Assembly: GCA_034780895.1 (NCBI GenBank)
Contig: JAUZTB010000057.1
Location: 14,655,989 to 14,719,988, forward strand
Length of the DNA stretch: 64,000 nt
Origin: Rhynchobatus australiae
Taxonomy: Eukaryota
Direction of reading: 5' to 3'
In this document: positions 12,961-25,159 of the stretch, one piece after another
How the letters are laid out: each line of letters starts with the position of its first letter
Position numbering within the stretch: the stretch's first letter is position 1
Notes under the pieces: model-generated
Told to the model about the DNA's origin: nothing
The model's database searches: none
Seen by the model: the letters and a program-made list of their open reading frames with translations, nothing else
Translations under genes and position numbers: made by a program

Positions 12961-15734
12961 TCATTCATTTTGCTTTTCTGTAATTCCATTACTGCTTTTG
13001 CCTACAACTCATTTTGGCCTTTAAGTTAAACAATTATATTGATTGCACAAAAACTATGACAAATGCATATTCCTGTCAAGTTTCAGTTTCAGTTTAATCT
13101 AATTAAGTTAAACCTTGAACAGGAAAGTAAACATACTGGTGATGTTTTAAAAGAAATAATTGTGTAAGTAACATGCAAAGCAGCAGTTGTAATTAAATCA
13201 GCTCTTTATAAACAGTATTGGCTCAAAAAGTCTTTGTAAATTTTATTACAACAGTTCAGATAAAAATATTGATGGAGCATGGTTTACATGGTGCTTAACT
13301 CACCTTACAAGGACACCATTCACAAGGTTTATTTTGCCAATATGTGAATTGAAGTTCTATTTCATTAACGATGCTCACTACCTCTGTAGCCCAGCTCCAG
13401 ACAGCTGGTTGGAACTACCTGTGGGAAGGTCATTCACTTCCTGACTGTATACAATTTGCAAAATCCCAAGAGGATGAGAAAGTTTCTTGTGAACAGTAAA
13501 CAGGCCCTTCTGCATTGCGGGGATAATTAACTACTTTCCTTTATTACTGCTCATGAACTCTAGCTGGTGCATTGTACAAGGGGAAGATTTTCAAACTCCG
13601 GTGTGGAGAAAACCCTGGGCCACCTTGGGTTGATGACAACAATGAGATTTTGTCTTCCTTTTATGTTTAAAAAAAAGTCTGTGGCCTAGAATTTAGTCAA
13701 CAGCAGTAAATGTATGTTAAATTCTTTCTGTACTCCATCTTTCTGCTTGTCTGCCGGCCATTAGAAAATTCAGTCATGCACAAAGCCCATTATCTAGGGC
13801 ACAACATGAGGAAAGGTCTTTCTTTTGCTTGCTCCATCAGTGAAGAGCATATGAAAGAATGTTTGTGTTGGGGCCAGGGAGGAGGNNNNNNNNNNNNNNC
13901 TACTCAAGCATCAACAGAAAGGGGGAGGGAGAGGATTGTCTGCTGGGATTTGGGGCTGGGTCGAGGTCCATCATGGGTTTGGATGTGAAGGTGTGATCTA
14001 CAGTCAGGGTTAAGCAACAGAGGTCAGGGATGGGAGTTTGTTGGGTCCTTGGGACAGTTTGGTGTGTTGAATGATGACATTGGGTGAGAGTCACAGGTTT
14101 TGAGGGAGAATGAGGGTCACAATCATGGGAAAGGGGCAAGAGGACAGCCTAAGGAAGAGCAGGGCACCCAAGTTATTTAAAGCAGAGTCAGGTTTCCTTA
14201 AGACAACTGCAACAAGCTTAACAAGCTGCTGAATTCTGCTTCTACATGTGTGAGCTGCAACATGCTCAGGACACACATGTGTACCTGAAACATTGCTGTA
14301 CATGTCTATAACCCTCTGTGCATTAATGCCTCAGATGCACAGAAGACTCTGAGTGGAAAAAAAATCACAGGTGTTACAAACGACCTTGATTATCGGTAAT
14401 GGTCTTATTTTTCATAGAGATTGGATCATGTCTTGCAATTTATAGCTTTTCACAGGATCATTCAGAATGAGGAACAGGGTCAATTAATTGAGATCATGAG
14501 CCAAAGGCTATATTTTAATTCCCATTTCTTATCTCAAGAAATGCCATTCTCCCTTCAGAGGCAGAATAGGTGTCATTAACCACTGCTTTCCAGAAGCCAA
14601 CCTTGCATCCTTTTTTAAATCCATGAGTGATTACTGAAGCATATGTAGATTGTGCAGGCTTCTCGGGAAGTGTGCAACAACATGCAAGGTTTCTGTAAAT
14701 ACTTGAACATTACCTCTCCTGACGTTGTAATCCATGACAATGTGGAAAGATATGCCAATAACCATGGATGGAAAAGTGATTGCTGGATATTATTATTAAG
14801 AAAATGGTATTTTGGAAGAAATTGATTTTTATTTTTGCTGCTACTGATCAGTGCAGAGCATATTCTGATACCCATGACCTTTCTTACTTTGCAATGAGCA
14901 CTTACATAGTAGATCTTAGGAGCATAGACTACTGTCTGAAGTTATTTTCCCACAAGGTTGCTGTGCCATTGCCTTTGCTTCCAGCAAATGGCTTCAATCA
15001 ATGGCTTTTTCATCAGGTGAGACACAGAGAGAGTCTAAAATAGAAGGAAAAGTTTCATTCATTCTGTAAGTCTAATGCACATGTTGTCACTCTTCTCAGT
15101 CATCACATAATTCATGGAATGGTCACTAATACAACACCTGTACAGCAATGAAGAGAAAAGTAAACTCTTGCAAAGCTGCTTTAAACTTCCAGTCCCACGT
15201 GGCCTCAATCAGCAGAAACTGCCTTAAATTCAAATGTTGCTAAGAAATTGAATAAGAGCAGGAATTTCAAAGTATTCTGCATAAGGTAAACAAAATAGTC
15301 ATTTAACCATTCCTCTTCCAGCGACCTCAGAACCTTAATGCTCTAAGTACCATTNNNNNNNNNNNNNNNNNNNNNNNNNNNNNNNNNNNNNNNNNNNNNN
15401 NNNNNNNNNNNNNNNNNNNNNNNNNNNNNNNNNNNNNNNNNNNNNNNNNNNNNNTACCATTTAGAAATTGGAGTGATGTTCAAACTGCAGTTAAATGACA
15501 GACTTTGAGTTTCCTCCACCTGCACTCACACCAGGGATTGAAATGAGCCTGGTAAGAAAATGTTTTGTAAAAAAGACCCATGCTTCATTGTAATTTGATC
15601 AATCACTAATAAACCACAAAATTGTTGCTGGATTTTTCTCAGTAAAAGTAGCATCCTAACTATATATCATTTGTTGCATTAATTTAACATACAAGAGAGT
15701 TGTATTGCATATTACCTTCATTAACATTCAAGAT

Positions 15735-16547
15735 AATATTATTCCTTGTGGTGAAAATTCAGTACGATTTCCATTTTGTTGCTGCCGATCCTTTTCTGAA
15801 GAGTTGTACCGGGAGAATTAAATTTATTTCAAAGTATTATCTACTTGGTCCTCTTTCACTGTTGCATTGACTTACACAATCATTCACTTTTACAAGGATA
15901 TGCAATTCACTTGCTTGTATTTTCTTTCATTTTGCGCATCATAAATTCTATGAGAAATAAGACTTAACCAATAACCCATGTTAGAACTTCTTTAGTACTT
16001 TTTTAGTGACTTCACAATTAAAGTCCTTATACTTAACATGTTATCTTTGCGTGTTTGAGGCAGATGTCTGCAGTTATCATGTGAAAACATGGTTCAACAT
16101 CATATTCTTTGTACATCTATTAAAAACAAGTGNNNNNNNNNNNNNNNNNNNNNNNNNNNNNNNNNNNNNNNNNNNNNNNNNNNNNNNNNNNNNNNNNNNN
16201 NNNNNNNNNNNNNNNNNNNNNNNNNNNNNNNNNNNNNNNNNNNNNNNNNNNNNNNNNNNNNNNNNNNNNNNNNNNNNNNNNNNNNNNNNNNNNNNNNNNN
16301 NNNNNNNNNNNNNNNNNNNNNNNNNNNNNNNNNNNNNNNNNNNNNNNNNNNNNNNNNNNNNNNNNNNNNNNNNNNNNNNNNNNAACAAATCCTATTAGAA
16401 ATAAAAAGATTATTGAATGCAATAGACAAACAAAACAAAGAAGATATTTTGAAATAAATCTCATTCTTCCAATATAACTCAACAGAAAAGGATCAGCAGC
16501 ATCAGAATGAAAATCATATTGAATCATCACCACAAAGGAATAATATT
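15735..16547. repeat. Long imperfect inverted repeat (arms 15735-15833 and 16448-16547), probable ancient non-autonomous DNA transposon
   Basis: Hand alignment of the reverse-complemented left arm to the right arm gives 83 matches in 100 columns; weaker similarity extends on both sides. Confidence 0.85.
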
Positions 16548-17139
16548 GCTTCAATCAACAATGTTATTTATTGTTAACCAAGGCATCATGATTACAATAC
16601 AATATTAAATCATATTTATTGTTCAGAATACGATAGAGGACACGCGTCACATAGAGGAATTTTGAGTTAATCTGCAAAGCTCCAAGATGCGCACTCCTTC
16701 GCAACTGAGTTCACCCTAGTCAAAAATATTAAAGCCAAACTATAAAGTATTAATGCAAGAGAAAACAGGGCCGAGCTGCCTGCTGGTGTCTGATTTAGAA
16801 ATATTTTTCACCTTGTAGACATTTTGATACATAAAGCCTCTTGTAGGCCAATGAGAAATATTGGTGAGACCACTGCATGATGCAGTCAAGGTGAATAGCA
16901 TAAATTTATTAAAGGGGAAACTGGCAAAATACCCAAGGGACAAAGGAACAGAAAGGCATGCTAATGCAGTGATATGGAGGAGGGAGAGGCTGCAGTGTAA
17001 GCTCTAGCTGACAGATCCACTCCTGACTTGTAAGTCATTAGTAGAAGTATAGATCAAAAGTTCAAATAAATTGTAACCATGGCTTCAGTAAAAACCAGGC
17101 ATTGTCTCTTAAATGGAAAATATTTTAATAATGTCAACA

Positions 17140-17638
17140 AACAAACTCAAATGATACTTTATTGTAGCCTGAACAAACCAATGATTCTTCACCACCTGTT
17201 TGAAAAACAATTAAGTTTTAATTGGTCCAAATGAAATACACATTTTAAAAACAATATAAGCAACACAGTACTTACTTTGAACAAAATCTCATTTGGACAA
17301 TGTGCTCTGTGTTTTATGTTTAATGATAGTACTGAGACAAGTTGCTATTTTCAGTAGAGTTCAGCGTTCACCTTTTGCTGTTCCAAATTTCAATATGATT
17401 ACATGTAAGAGAAGTAAAATATTTTAATATTTCCCTAGTAAAAATGGTTTTTCAGGGTTTTTTTAAACCATAAGGCCTTATTTTATGTAAATTAAAAGAC
17501 ATATTGACAGACAATAATTTAATTATTCACAATATTCTTCATTCAAATGACAAGCAAGTGTCCAGTTCGTTCATCCAGCCATCTCCATACTAATGGGAGT
17601 TGGCCATCACCTCCTCTCCTCCACTATCATGTAATCAC
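17140..17638 (-). other. Candidate 3'-terminal exon of an unidentified minus-strand transcript
   Basis: Acceptor ctttttcctttgcatttcccag| at 17639-17660, AATAAA at 17163-17158 and a downstream GU-rich tract (ttgagtttgtttgttg); all three frames stop within 11 codons. Confidence 0.3.
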
Positions 17639-18379
17639 CTGGGAAATGCAAAGGAAAAAGATTCTGCTATTAAGAAAAAAAGTATGCTCTGGAAATTTTC
17701 ACTCTGAACCCCTCCGGTGATCAAAACCAGTCCAGGAGATCACATGGACCATGTGTTCTCTATTAATCCATTCATTTAAATACAGGGATGAAAAAGGCAA
17801 TATGATTCTTTGAGCCAGTTCCTGCTATTAAGAAAATGCAACTTTTATTTCATAAACTATATCAATGAGCTTAATCCTTTGAGGAAATATGCCAAGGTAA
17901 TCATGCAAAAGTTCAGAATATCAATACAGCTTTACAATCGACATCAAACATCACTGAATAGTAATTTTCCATGACATACCATGGCATCTCCAATATTCCT
18001 TCAATCCAGGAACAATTGTATTCCACAGAGTATTTATTCATTGTCTCTATCAGACTTACTCCTAAGATCTCCAGATCAATAAACAAAGTAAAATCCCTTT
18101 GATTAATAACAGAACCATCAAACAATCTCCCTGCAACCAAGAGCTGGATGTTAAATATTAACAATGTGTACAGTTTGCATGGAATACAGTATGTGTGTGT
18201 TTGTATGTGTCTCCTGGGGGGAGTTGCAGGTAGTGGTTGGGAACTGGCAGTATGTTAGGGTTGTGGCAGGTAAGAAGGTTATTAAAAATTCTAGGATTTG
18301 GAATGGAAAAGAGGGGACAAAAGCCTCTATGAAAAACAGATGGCCCAACAGGTGCTCCCTGGGTAATATTAGCAGTTCT

Positions 18380-18650
18380 AACAGGCAGTTCAGAGTCAAC
18401 CTTGTTGGTGGGTCTGGAGTAACATATGGCTCAGACCAGGTAAAGATGGTAGATTTCCTTCACTGAAGGACATTAATTGGGCTTTTACAACAAATCAGTA
18501 GGTTCATGGTGATGGTTACTGAGACTAAATTCTTTGAAATTCTAAATGTGTTTCATTAAATGAACTTCAGTCTCAACTGCCATGTCTCTGGAACATCGGT
18601 CCAGGACTTTGGCTGGGAGTCCGGTCACTATGCCACTGTACACAGTATGA
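18380..18650 (-). mobile_element. tRNA-derived elasmobranch SINE
   Basis: ggtgggtctggagtaacatatggctcagaccaggtaaagatggtagatttccttcactgaaggacatta is the reverse complement of the body seen at 20880-20970. Confidence 0.7.
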
Positions 18651-18864
18651 TGTAATGCTATCACATGGGGAGGGTGCAGAACAAGAACTGGAAGTCCCAA
18701 CCTTGATGGCAACTCTCCTGGCAATTTCCCAGCTGCTCACTGATGCGAGACCACGNNNNNNNNNNCGGGCTGGTCTCCAATTCCCAAGCATTTATCTTGG
18801 GGAATCTGCCCTATGAATCAGCATCAAGTTACAACTGGCACAAGAACAGCAATGGAGAGGAAAG

Positions 18865-20330
18865 ACTCCAAGAAATAGGAGCAGGAACAGGCTATTTGAC
18901 TCACTGAGCCTGCTCTGCCATTCATGAAGATTATACCTGATTTTCTATCTCAGTGCCTTTTTAGTCCACTATCACATATCTCCTGATCCCCTTAATACCC
19001 AGAAATCTCACTCTCCGTTTTGAAAGAAGTCAGTGACTGAGCTTCCATAGCTGTCCAGGATAAAGAATTCCAAAGATTCCTCCGTATGAAGAAATTTCTC
19101 GTCAGCTCAGTCCTAAATGACATATTCCATATTCTGAGGCCCCGACTCTTAGTTCTAGACTCCCAAACCAAGGGAAGTATCCTCCCTGCCTCAAGCCTCT
19201 TGAGCCCTCTAAGAATTTTGTATCAGTGAGATCACCATGCATTTTTCTAAACTCTCGACAATAAAGGCCTAGTCTACTCAATCTCTCTTCATGTGGTAAA
19301 CTCATTATCCCAAGAACCAGTTTAGTGACTCTACACTGCACTCCTCCATAGCAAATACATCTATTTTTTTTCAGGTAAGGAGACTAAATCTGTATACAAA
19401 CTCCAGCTGTGGATTCTCCTATACAATTGTAAAGACATATCTTTATTCCTGTACACAAATCATCTTATAATGAAGGTCAACATACTGTTTGTCTTTCTAA
19501 TTGCTTGTTACACTAGAATGTTGGCTTTCAATGACTTGTGTAGAAGGATACCTTGGTCACTTTGAGCATTTCTGAATCTCACACCATTTTCTGTTTTGTG
19601 AACCAAAGTAGATAACTTTGCATCTTCCTCCATTATATTCCATTTGCCATGTTCTACCCCTCTTACTCAATTTGTCTAAATCCACTAGAAGCCTCTTTAC
19701 TTCCTCCTACCTATTCTTAATCACATCTAATTTTGTTTCATCAGTGAACTTGGAGAGGTCACATTTGCTCTCCTCGGCCAAATCATTGAAAAACATCATG
19801 AATAGTGAAGGCCACAAACATCAAATCCTGCTGTACCCCTTTCATTAGAGCCCACCAATTTTAGAAGCATACATTTATTCCCATTCTTAGCTTCCTGTCC
19901 AATTACTAATTCTCAATCCTTATTGGTACATTATTCGCAATTCCACATGTTCTAACCTTCTTGACCACCTCTTGTGCACCACTTTCAGAAAATCCAAATA
20001 TACCCCCTTATCTATTCTACTAATAGTTTCTCCTTAGATGAAGTAAACATTTTCATGTCCATGTTGACACTGCTTAATCCTATTTTTCTTCCCCCCAAGG
20101 TGTTCGTTTATGACATCCTTCATTATAGATGCCAACACTTACTCAACTAATGAAGTTAAACTAACAGATCAGAAGTAGCTCAATTTCTCTCCCCCTCCCT
20201 TTTAAGTAGTTGGGTCACATTTGCCACTCTCCAACCTACGGGATCAATTCCAGAAACTAGAATGTTGGATAATGATAACCAAAACATTCATTAGCACTTC
20301 TACACCATTTTCAATATTCTTGGATTATAG
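18865..20330 (-). mobile_element. Decayed CR1 LINE (RT to 3' end)
   Basis: Minus ORF 19102-19341 reads QCRVTKLVLGIMSLPHEERLSRLGLYCREFRKMHGDL, the CR1 ORF2 C-terminus; 3'UTR at the low-coordinate end. Confidence 0.85.
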
Positions 20331-20689
20331 GATAAGCATTAGTTAATTTGGAAGTTTTTGAATTAATTTTGTTTAGTCAAATGGTTTTTAGCATCTAAGT
20401 GTCTGAAATTTTTTTTTCTTTAAATGCTTTTCATTGATATTTGATACTTTTTGAATGGAGAGATGTTCTAAAATATTTCAGTTCTTTTCAGGTTTGACAG
20501 CCAGCTGAGCTGGNNNNNNNNNNNNNNNNNNNNNNNNNNNNNNNNNNNNNNNNNNNNNNNNNNNNNNNNNNNNNNNNNNNNNNNNNNNNNNNNNNNNNNN
20601 NNNNNNNNNNNNNACAGCCAGCTGAGCTGGAGTGGGTTCATTTTCACCTTTTTCTCATGGGACAGTATTATATTCTGCTTCATACATTA

Positions 20690-21110
20690 GCTTTGTGGTT
20701 AAGTTACTTGTCCAGAAGCCAAAGTTCCAGACTAGTGAACAAGGTCCACGAGTTTGAACCCCACCCTGGCAGCAGGGTGCACTTTGAACTTGTCATAAAT
20801 TCATGTAATAAAAATATATCTGAAATTTGATAAAAAAAACTAGCATCAACATTATAGGATTGTGACTTGAACCAAACTGATTCCCTAATATCCTTCAGGA
20901 AAGAAAATTCAGCATATTTACCTGGTCAGCCCTATATGTGACTCTAGTCCCATTAATGCAGTTGACTTTCCATAGAACCATAGAACAATACAGCATAATA
21001 CAGGCCCTTCAGCCCACCATTTGTGTCTTTCAACTGCCTTGTAATTCATTTAGCAATGGAGAATTTATTCCAGCATTGCCATCAACATCCACGACTAAAT
21101 AAAAAAATTG
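20690..21110 (+). mobile_element. tRNA-derived elasmobranch SINE containing a nested 56-bp CR1-type tail
   Basis: B-box-like gagtttgaacccc; body ttacctggtcagccctatatgtgactctagtccc; A-rich end; insert at 20971-21026 flanked by ctttc on both sides. Confidence 0.65.
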
Positions 21111-21454
21111 TAAGGCCTTGTCATTATGGATCTGGATACCACTAACAGCGGGTCAACATTATAGGATCTGCAAAGTGCTAGTGTTTATTTATCATGTAGG
21201 TCAATAGCAAGTGTGGGTGCCTTATAACAGGTAACAATGTTCACCTCTATTACATTGTTATATTTCAGGAATGTTTTGCTGTACATGCAAATTGATGCTA
21301 ATAAGTGCACTTTGATTCTGTCAGTTAAAAGACTGCAAATAATAAGCAATTTATTGACTTGGCTTGGCAACTGGAAACATCACCTCCATTATGTGGGGTA
21401 TCCACTATTCCATTTTTGGAAAAAGCAGGTTAATTAAAAAAAAGAGAACAAAAG

Positions 21455-21772
21455 TCAGAGTCGTACAGTATGGAAAGAGGCCCTTTGACCCATCGAACCG
21501 TACTGACTGTCAAACACACATTTACACTAATTCCATTTTATTCTCCCCACATTCCCATCAACTCACCTGAGATTCTACCATGCACTTGCACACTAGGGGC
21601 AATTTAAAGCGGCAAATTAACCTACCAGCATGCATGTGGGAGAAAACCCAGGCACCTGGGGAAAACCCATCTGGTCACAGGGAGAACGTGCAAACTCCAG
21701 ACAAAAAGCGCCAGAGATCAGGATTGAACTCAGGCTTCTAAAGCTCTGTTGGCTGTACCACCATGTCACCCC
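21455..21772 (-). mobile_element. V-SINE (HE1-like) with CR1-type tail
   Basis: gaaaacccatctggtcacagggagaacgtgcaaactcca is the reverse complement of the V-domain core GGAGTTTGCACGTTCTCCC; tRNA-like head at ~21715-21770. Confidence 0.8.
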
Positions 21773-22547
21773 AACTTAGTATGGTATAGGCTCAGAAGGA
21801 ATCAACGGGGCATTTAGTATCTTGCCTGATGTGCTTTTGTATTGAACATTCAACACATTTATTTTCACTGACAGCTTCATTTAAAACTTCATGAACTGCA
21901 TTCAAATGAAGTCCAGCTGCATAGCAGCTGTTGACAGAGCAAAATAAGCACACAATGAAGAAAAAGGCACATACCTGACATTTTGCATTAGAGCAGTCCC
22001 ACATATTTTATACTCTGGATATTTTTCAATTTTATCTGTTACTATGAAGTAATTACTGCTTTCTGAGTTGGGTGGAACTTTAAACACTGAGGTACGAATT
22101 GGAGCAATGATTTAGATAACCCAAAACTTTAATTTTGGAGCACTGAGGATTTACACAACATTGACAAATCTACTTACCAAAAGTAAGCAAGCCCATTGTA
22201 AGTTGTGATGTGCTGGAGTATTGCCAGATCATAGGAAAACCTGCATAATACAGCCAAGGGGTCACATGCTGAGTTGATTGTAGAAGAGGCATATGCAGAC
22301 CATCAGGAATGTGGATTCTTAATCAGAATGCTTAACTTGCATCAGCAGCATTGTAGGTTCACTCAACTCAGCAATACCTGCCTGCATACATTTCCCTTTA
22401 GGTAAAGCAAAATACTAAATTGCCAGTTTGTAGCAGCAGGTAAATACTAAATCAAAGATTTTCTGCAATCTCAGCAGATAAAAGGCCAATAAATGATTAA
22501 TTCATGAAAAAGTTGCTATTCTGTTTCAGAGCCACTTAATCCTCAAA

Positions 22548-25155
22548 GAAACATCATTCTAATGGAATATTTCAGGAACAACAATTCAACCTATCAGAAT
22601 AGTTCAAATCCATCGTCTCACCAGAATGTTTCAGGGGTAATCATCAACACAAACAAGAATCTGTCAAGATATAATACAACATTATAAATTGCCCCAGAAA
22701 CCTTTGATACATGGCTCAACAAAAGAATCCTTCACTTCAAAGAAAGATTCAGCTACATCTTCCTTACCATCCAAACAGGTAAAAGTCCTTCATCGCCGTA
22801 GAAAGTTTACTTAAAATTCATCCAACAACAATATAAGTCAAATACAACCAAAATCTCAACACAAAGTTTCAGGTACAATCCACTGTCATAATCCTTCCAC
22901 CTCTCAGAAACCAGTTATCAGCATCATGCAAGTACAATTCAACAACCCAACAAAATTTTTCAATTGCAAATATCATCAGCATTGCAAAAAAATGTTTTAG
23001 GTACAATCCTATACCACAAAACAATATTCAGGTACAATCAAAATTCATTGTTGTCATTCCAAGAAAAATATTTCAGGTGCAATCCATCACTGTCATCCTA
23101 AATGAATATTTCAGGTAGAATCCTTCATCCTAGCAAAATATTTAAGGTACAAACACTATCATCACTTCAACACAAAGTTTCAATGTCATCCCAACAGCAT
23201 GTTTTAGCCACCATCCTTAATCCCAACTGAATATTTCAAGTACAATCCTCCACCAACAATTCCTACACAATGTTACAGGTAAAATTCCATCATCATTACT
23301 GTAACAGACTGTTTCAGGTAAAATCAGACAGCTGAACAAAAAGACATTTCAAGTATAATCTACACAATTATCTCAACAGAATCCGTTGGGTAAAAACCAT
23401 CAGCAGAACCCCAACAGAATGTTTTAGGTATGTTTCACCACACAACAGATAAGTTAAATACAGCAATCAGTTCAAATTAATGTTTCAGAGGCAACCTATA
23501 ATAACAAAAAAATGTTTCAGCTGCTGTGTTGTTTTTTTGGGGTTGTTTTTTGTTTGAATTGTTTGAATTGTTTATTGCGTAAAAAGGGGCAGATATAATA
23601 AGATTTTTTCTTCATCTGCTGCCTTTCATTTTATATATCTATATATTTTGTTTTGTTATGCGCAAATTGTTTTTGTAATTTGTATTTTATTATAAGACGG
23701 ATAAATAAAATAAAATAAATAAATAAGTTGTCTTTATATNNNNNNNNNNNNNNNNNNNNNNNNNNNNNNNNNNNNNNNNNNNNNNNNNNNNNNNNNNNNN
23801 NNNNNNNNNNNNNNNNNNNNNNNNNNNNNNNNNNNNNNNNNNNNNNNNNNNNNNNNNNNNNNNNNNNNNNNNNNNNNNNNNNNNNNNNNNNNNNNNNNNN
23901 NNNNNNNNNNNNNNNNNNNNNNNNNNNNNNNNNNNNNNNNNNNNNNNNNNNNNNNNNNNNNNNNNNNNNNNNNNNNNNNNNNNNNNNNNNNNNNNNNNNN
24001 NNNNNNNNNNNNNNNNNNNNNNNNNNNNNNNNNNNNNNNNNNNNNNNNNNNNNNNNNNNNNNNNNNNNNNNNNNNNNNNNNNNNNNNNNNNNNNNNNNNN
24101 NNNNNNNNNNNNNNNNNNNNNNNNNNNNNNNNNNNNNNNNNNNNNNNNNNNNNNNNNNNNNNNNNNNNNNNNNNNNNNNNNNNNNNNNNNNNNNNNNNNN
24201 NNNNNNNNNNNNNNNNNNNNNNNNNNNNNNNNCTTTATACCAACAGAAGCTTCAGGAATAAACATCATCATGAATCCCACAAATGAATGCTCCAATCATG
24301 ATCCTTAATCCCAACAATGTTTCATCTACACACATAATTCAAAAATTTCCATCGGATACAAAAAACTAATTCCAGCAGAACAATTCAGTTATAATTCATC
24401 ATTTCCATAACAGAACACCATCATTGGAACAATGTATTTCAGGTATAATCCTTGATCTAAACAAGGTGCTTCAAGTACAACCATTTTTGAACTTCCCAAA
24501 CAGAATGAATCAGGCACAACTATAATTATCTACTGTGCAGAATTTATCAGGCACTACCCATCATCCCGTCACCACAATAGGATGCTTCTTGGACTATCTT
24601 TGACCCTTGCAATTTTTTTCCATTTACAAACATTGTTCAGAAAATGATTCCACTGTAATTCTTTATCACAACAGCAAATATCACAAAAGTGTATTTCAGG
24701 TACAATCCTTGTCCCCAACAAAAAAATGTTCAAGTACAAACATTATTGTCATTACAGAATGTTTTAACATCCCTTTTCAGATACAATTCATCATACAAAA
24801 ACAAAATTTCATAAACAATAATTCAATACATTCCATCAGAATGTTCCAGGATGAATCCTTGCTCCAAGCAAAATATTTCAACTACAAGCACCATAGAAAA
24901 AGAGTTTCTGGTAAACCATTCATGCCAATAAATTACTGCAGGTAAAATCCATCTTCCTAACAAAAAGTTTCAAGTACAAATCTTCATCCCATCAAAGGGA
25001 TTCAGGTTCATTTCATTATCTTCTCTACAGAATATGCCAGGTATAGTCAATCATTACAAAATAATGTTTTATTTAGAATCTATCATTATCACTCGAGCAA
25101 GACAGGCCAGGTTCGATCCATTATCCCCACAGAATGCTTCAGATACAATCCACCA
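22548..25155. repeat. Ancient degenerate tandem array, consensus approx. CCAACAGAATGTTTCAGGTACAATCC(ATC)n, period ~30-40 bp
   Basis: About 40 cores counted by eye (e.g. tttcaggtacaatcc at 22867 and 24694, tttcaggtgcaatcc 23071, tttcaagtacaatcc 23234, ttcagatacaatcc 25138); interrupted by an insert and an N gap. Confidence 0.85.
23521..23726 (+). mobile_element. Retroposed 3'-end-like insert with (AATAA)n tail inside the array
   Basis: Abrupt switch to T/G-rich sequence ending in ataaataaaataaaataaataaataa; family not recognised. Confidence 0.4.
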
Positions 25156-25159
25156 TCTC

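Noticed and set aside
16006-16554. Cluster of six long ORFs (similar clusters at 23.7-24.3, 46.3-46.7 and 51.2-51.8 kb)
   Set aside because: Open only because they run through N gaps
21715-21772. tRNA-like A/B-box sequence as a tRNA gene
   Set aside because: It is the decayed head of a V-SINE and does not fold as a cloverleaf
22548-25155. CRISPR-like repeat-spacer appearance
   Set aside because: Repeats are highly degenerate and non-palindromic, linkers are related low-complexity sequence of irregular length, there are no cas genes, and the context is vertebrate
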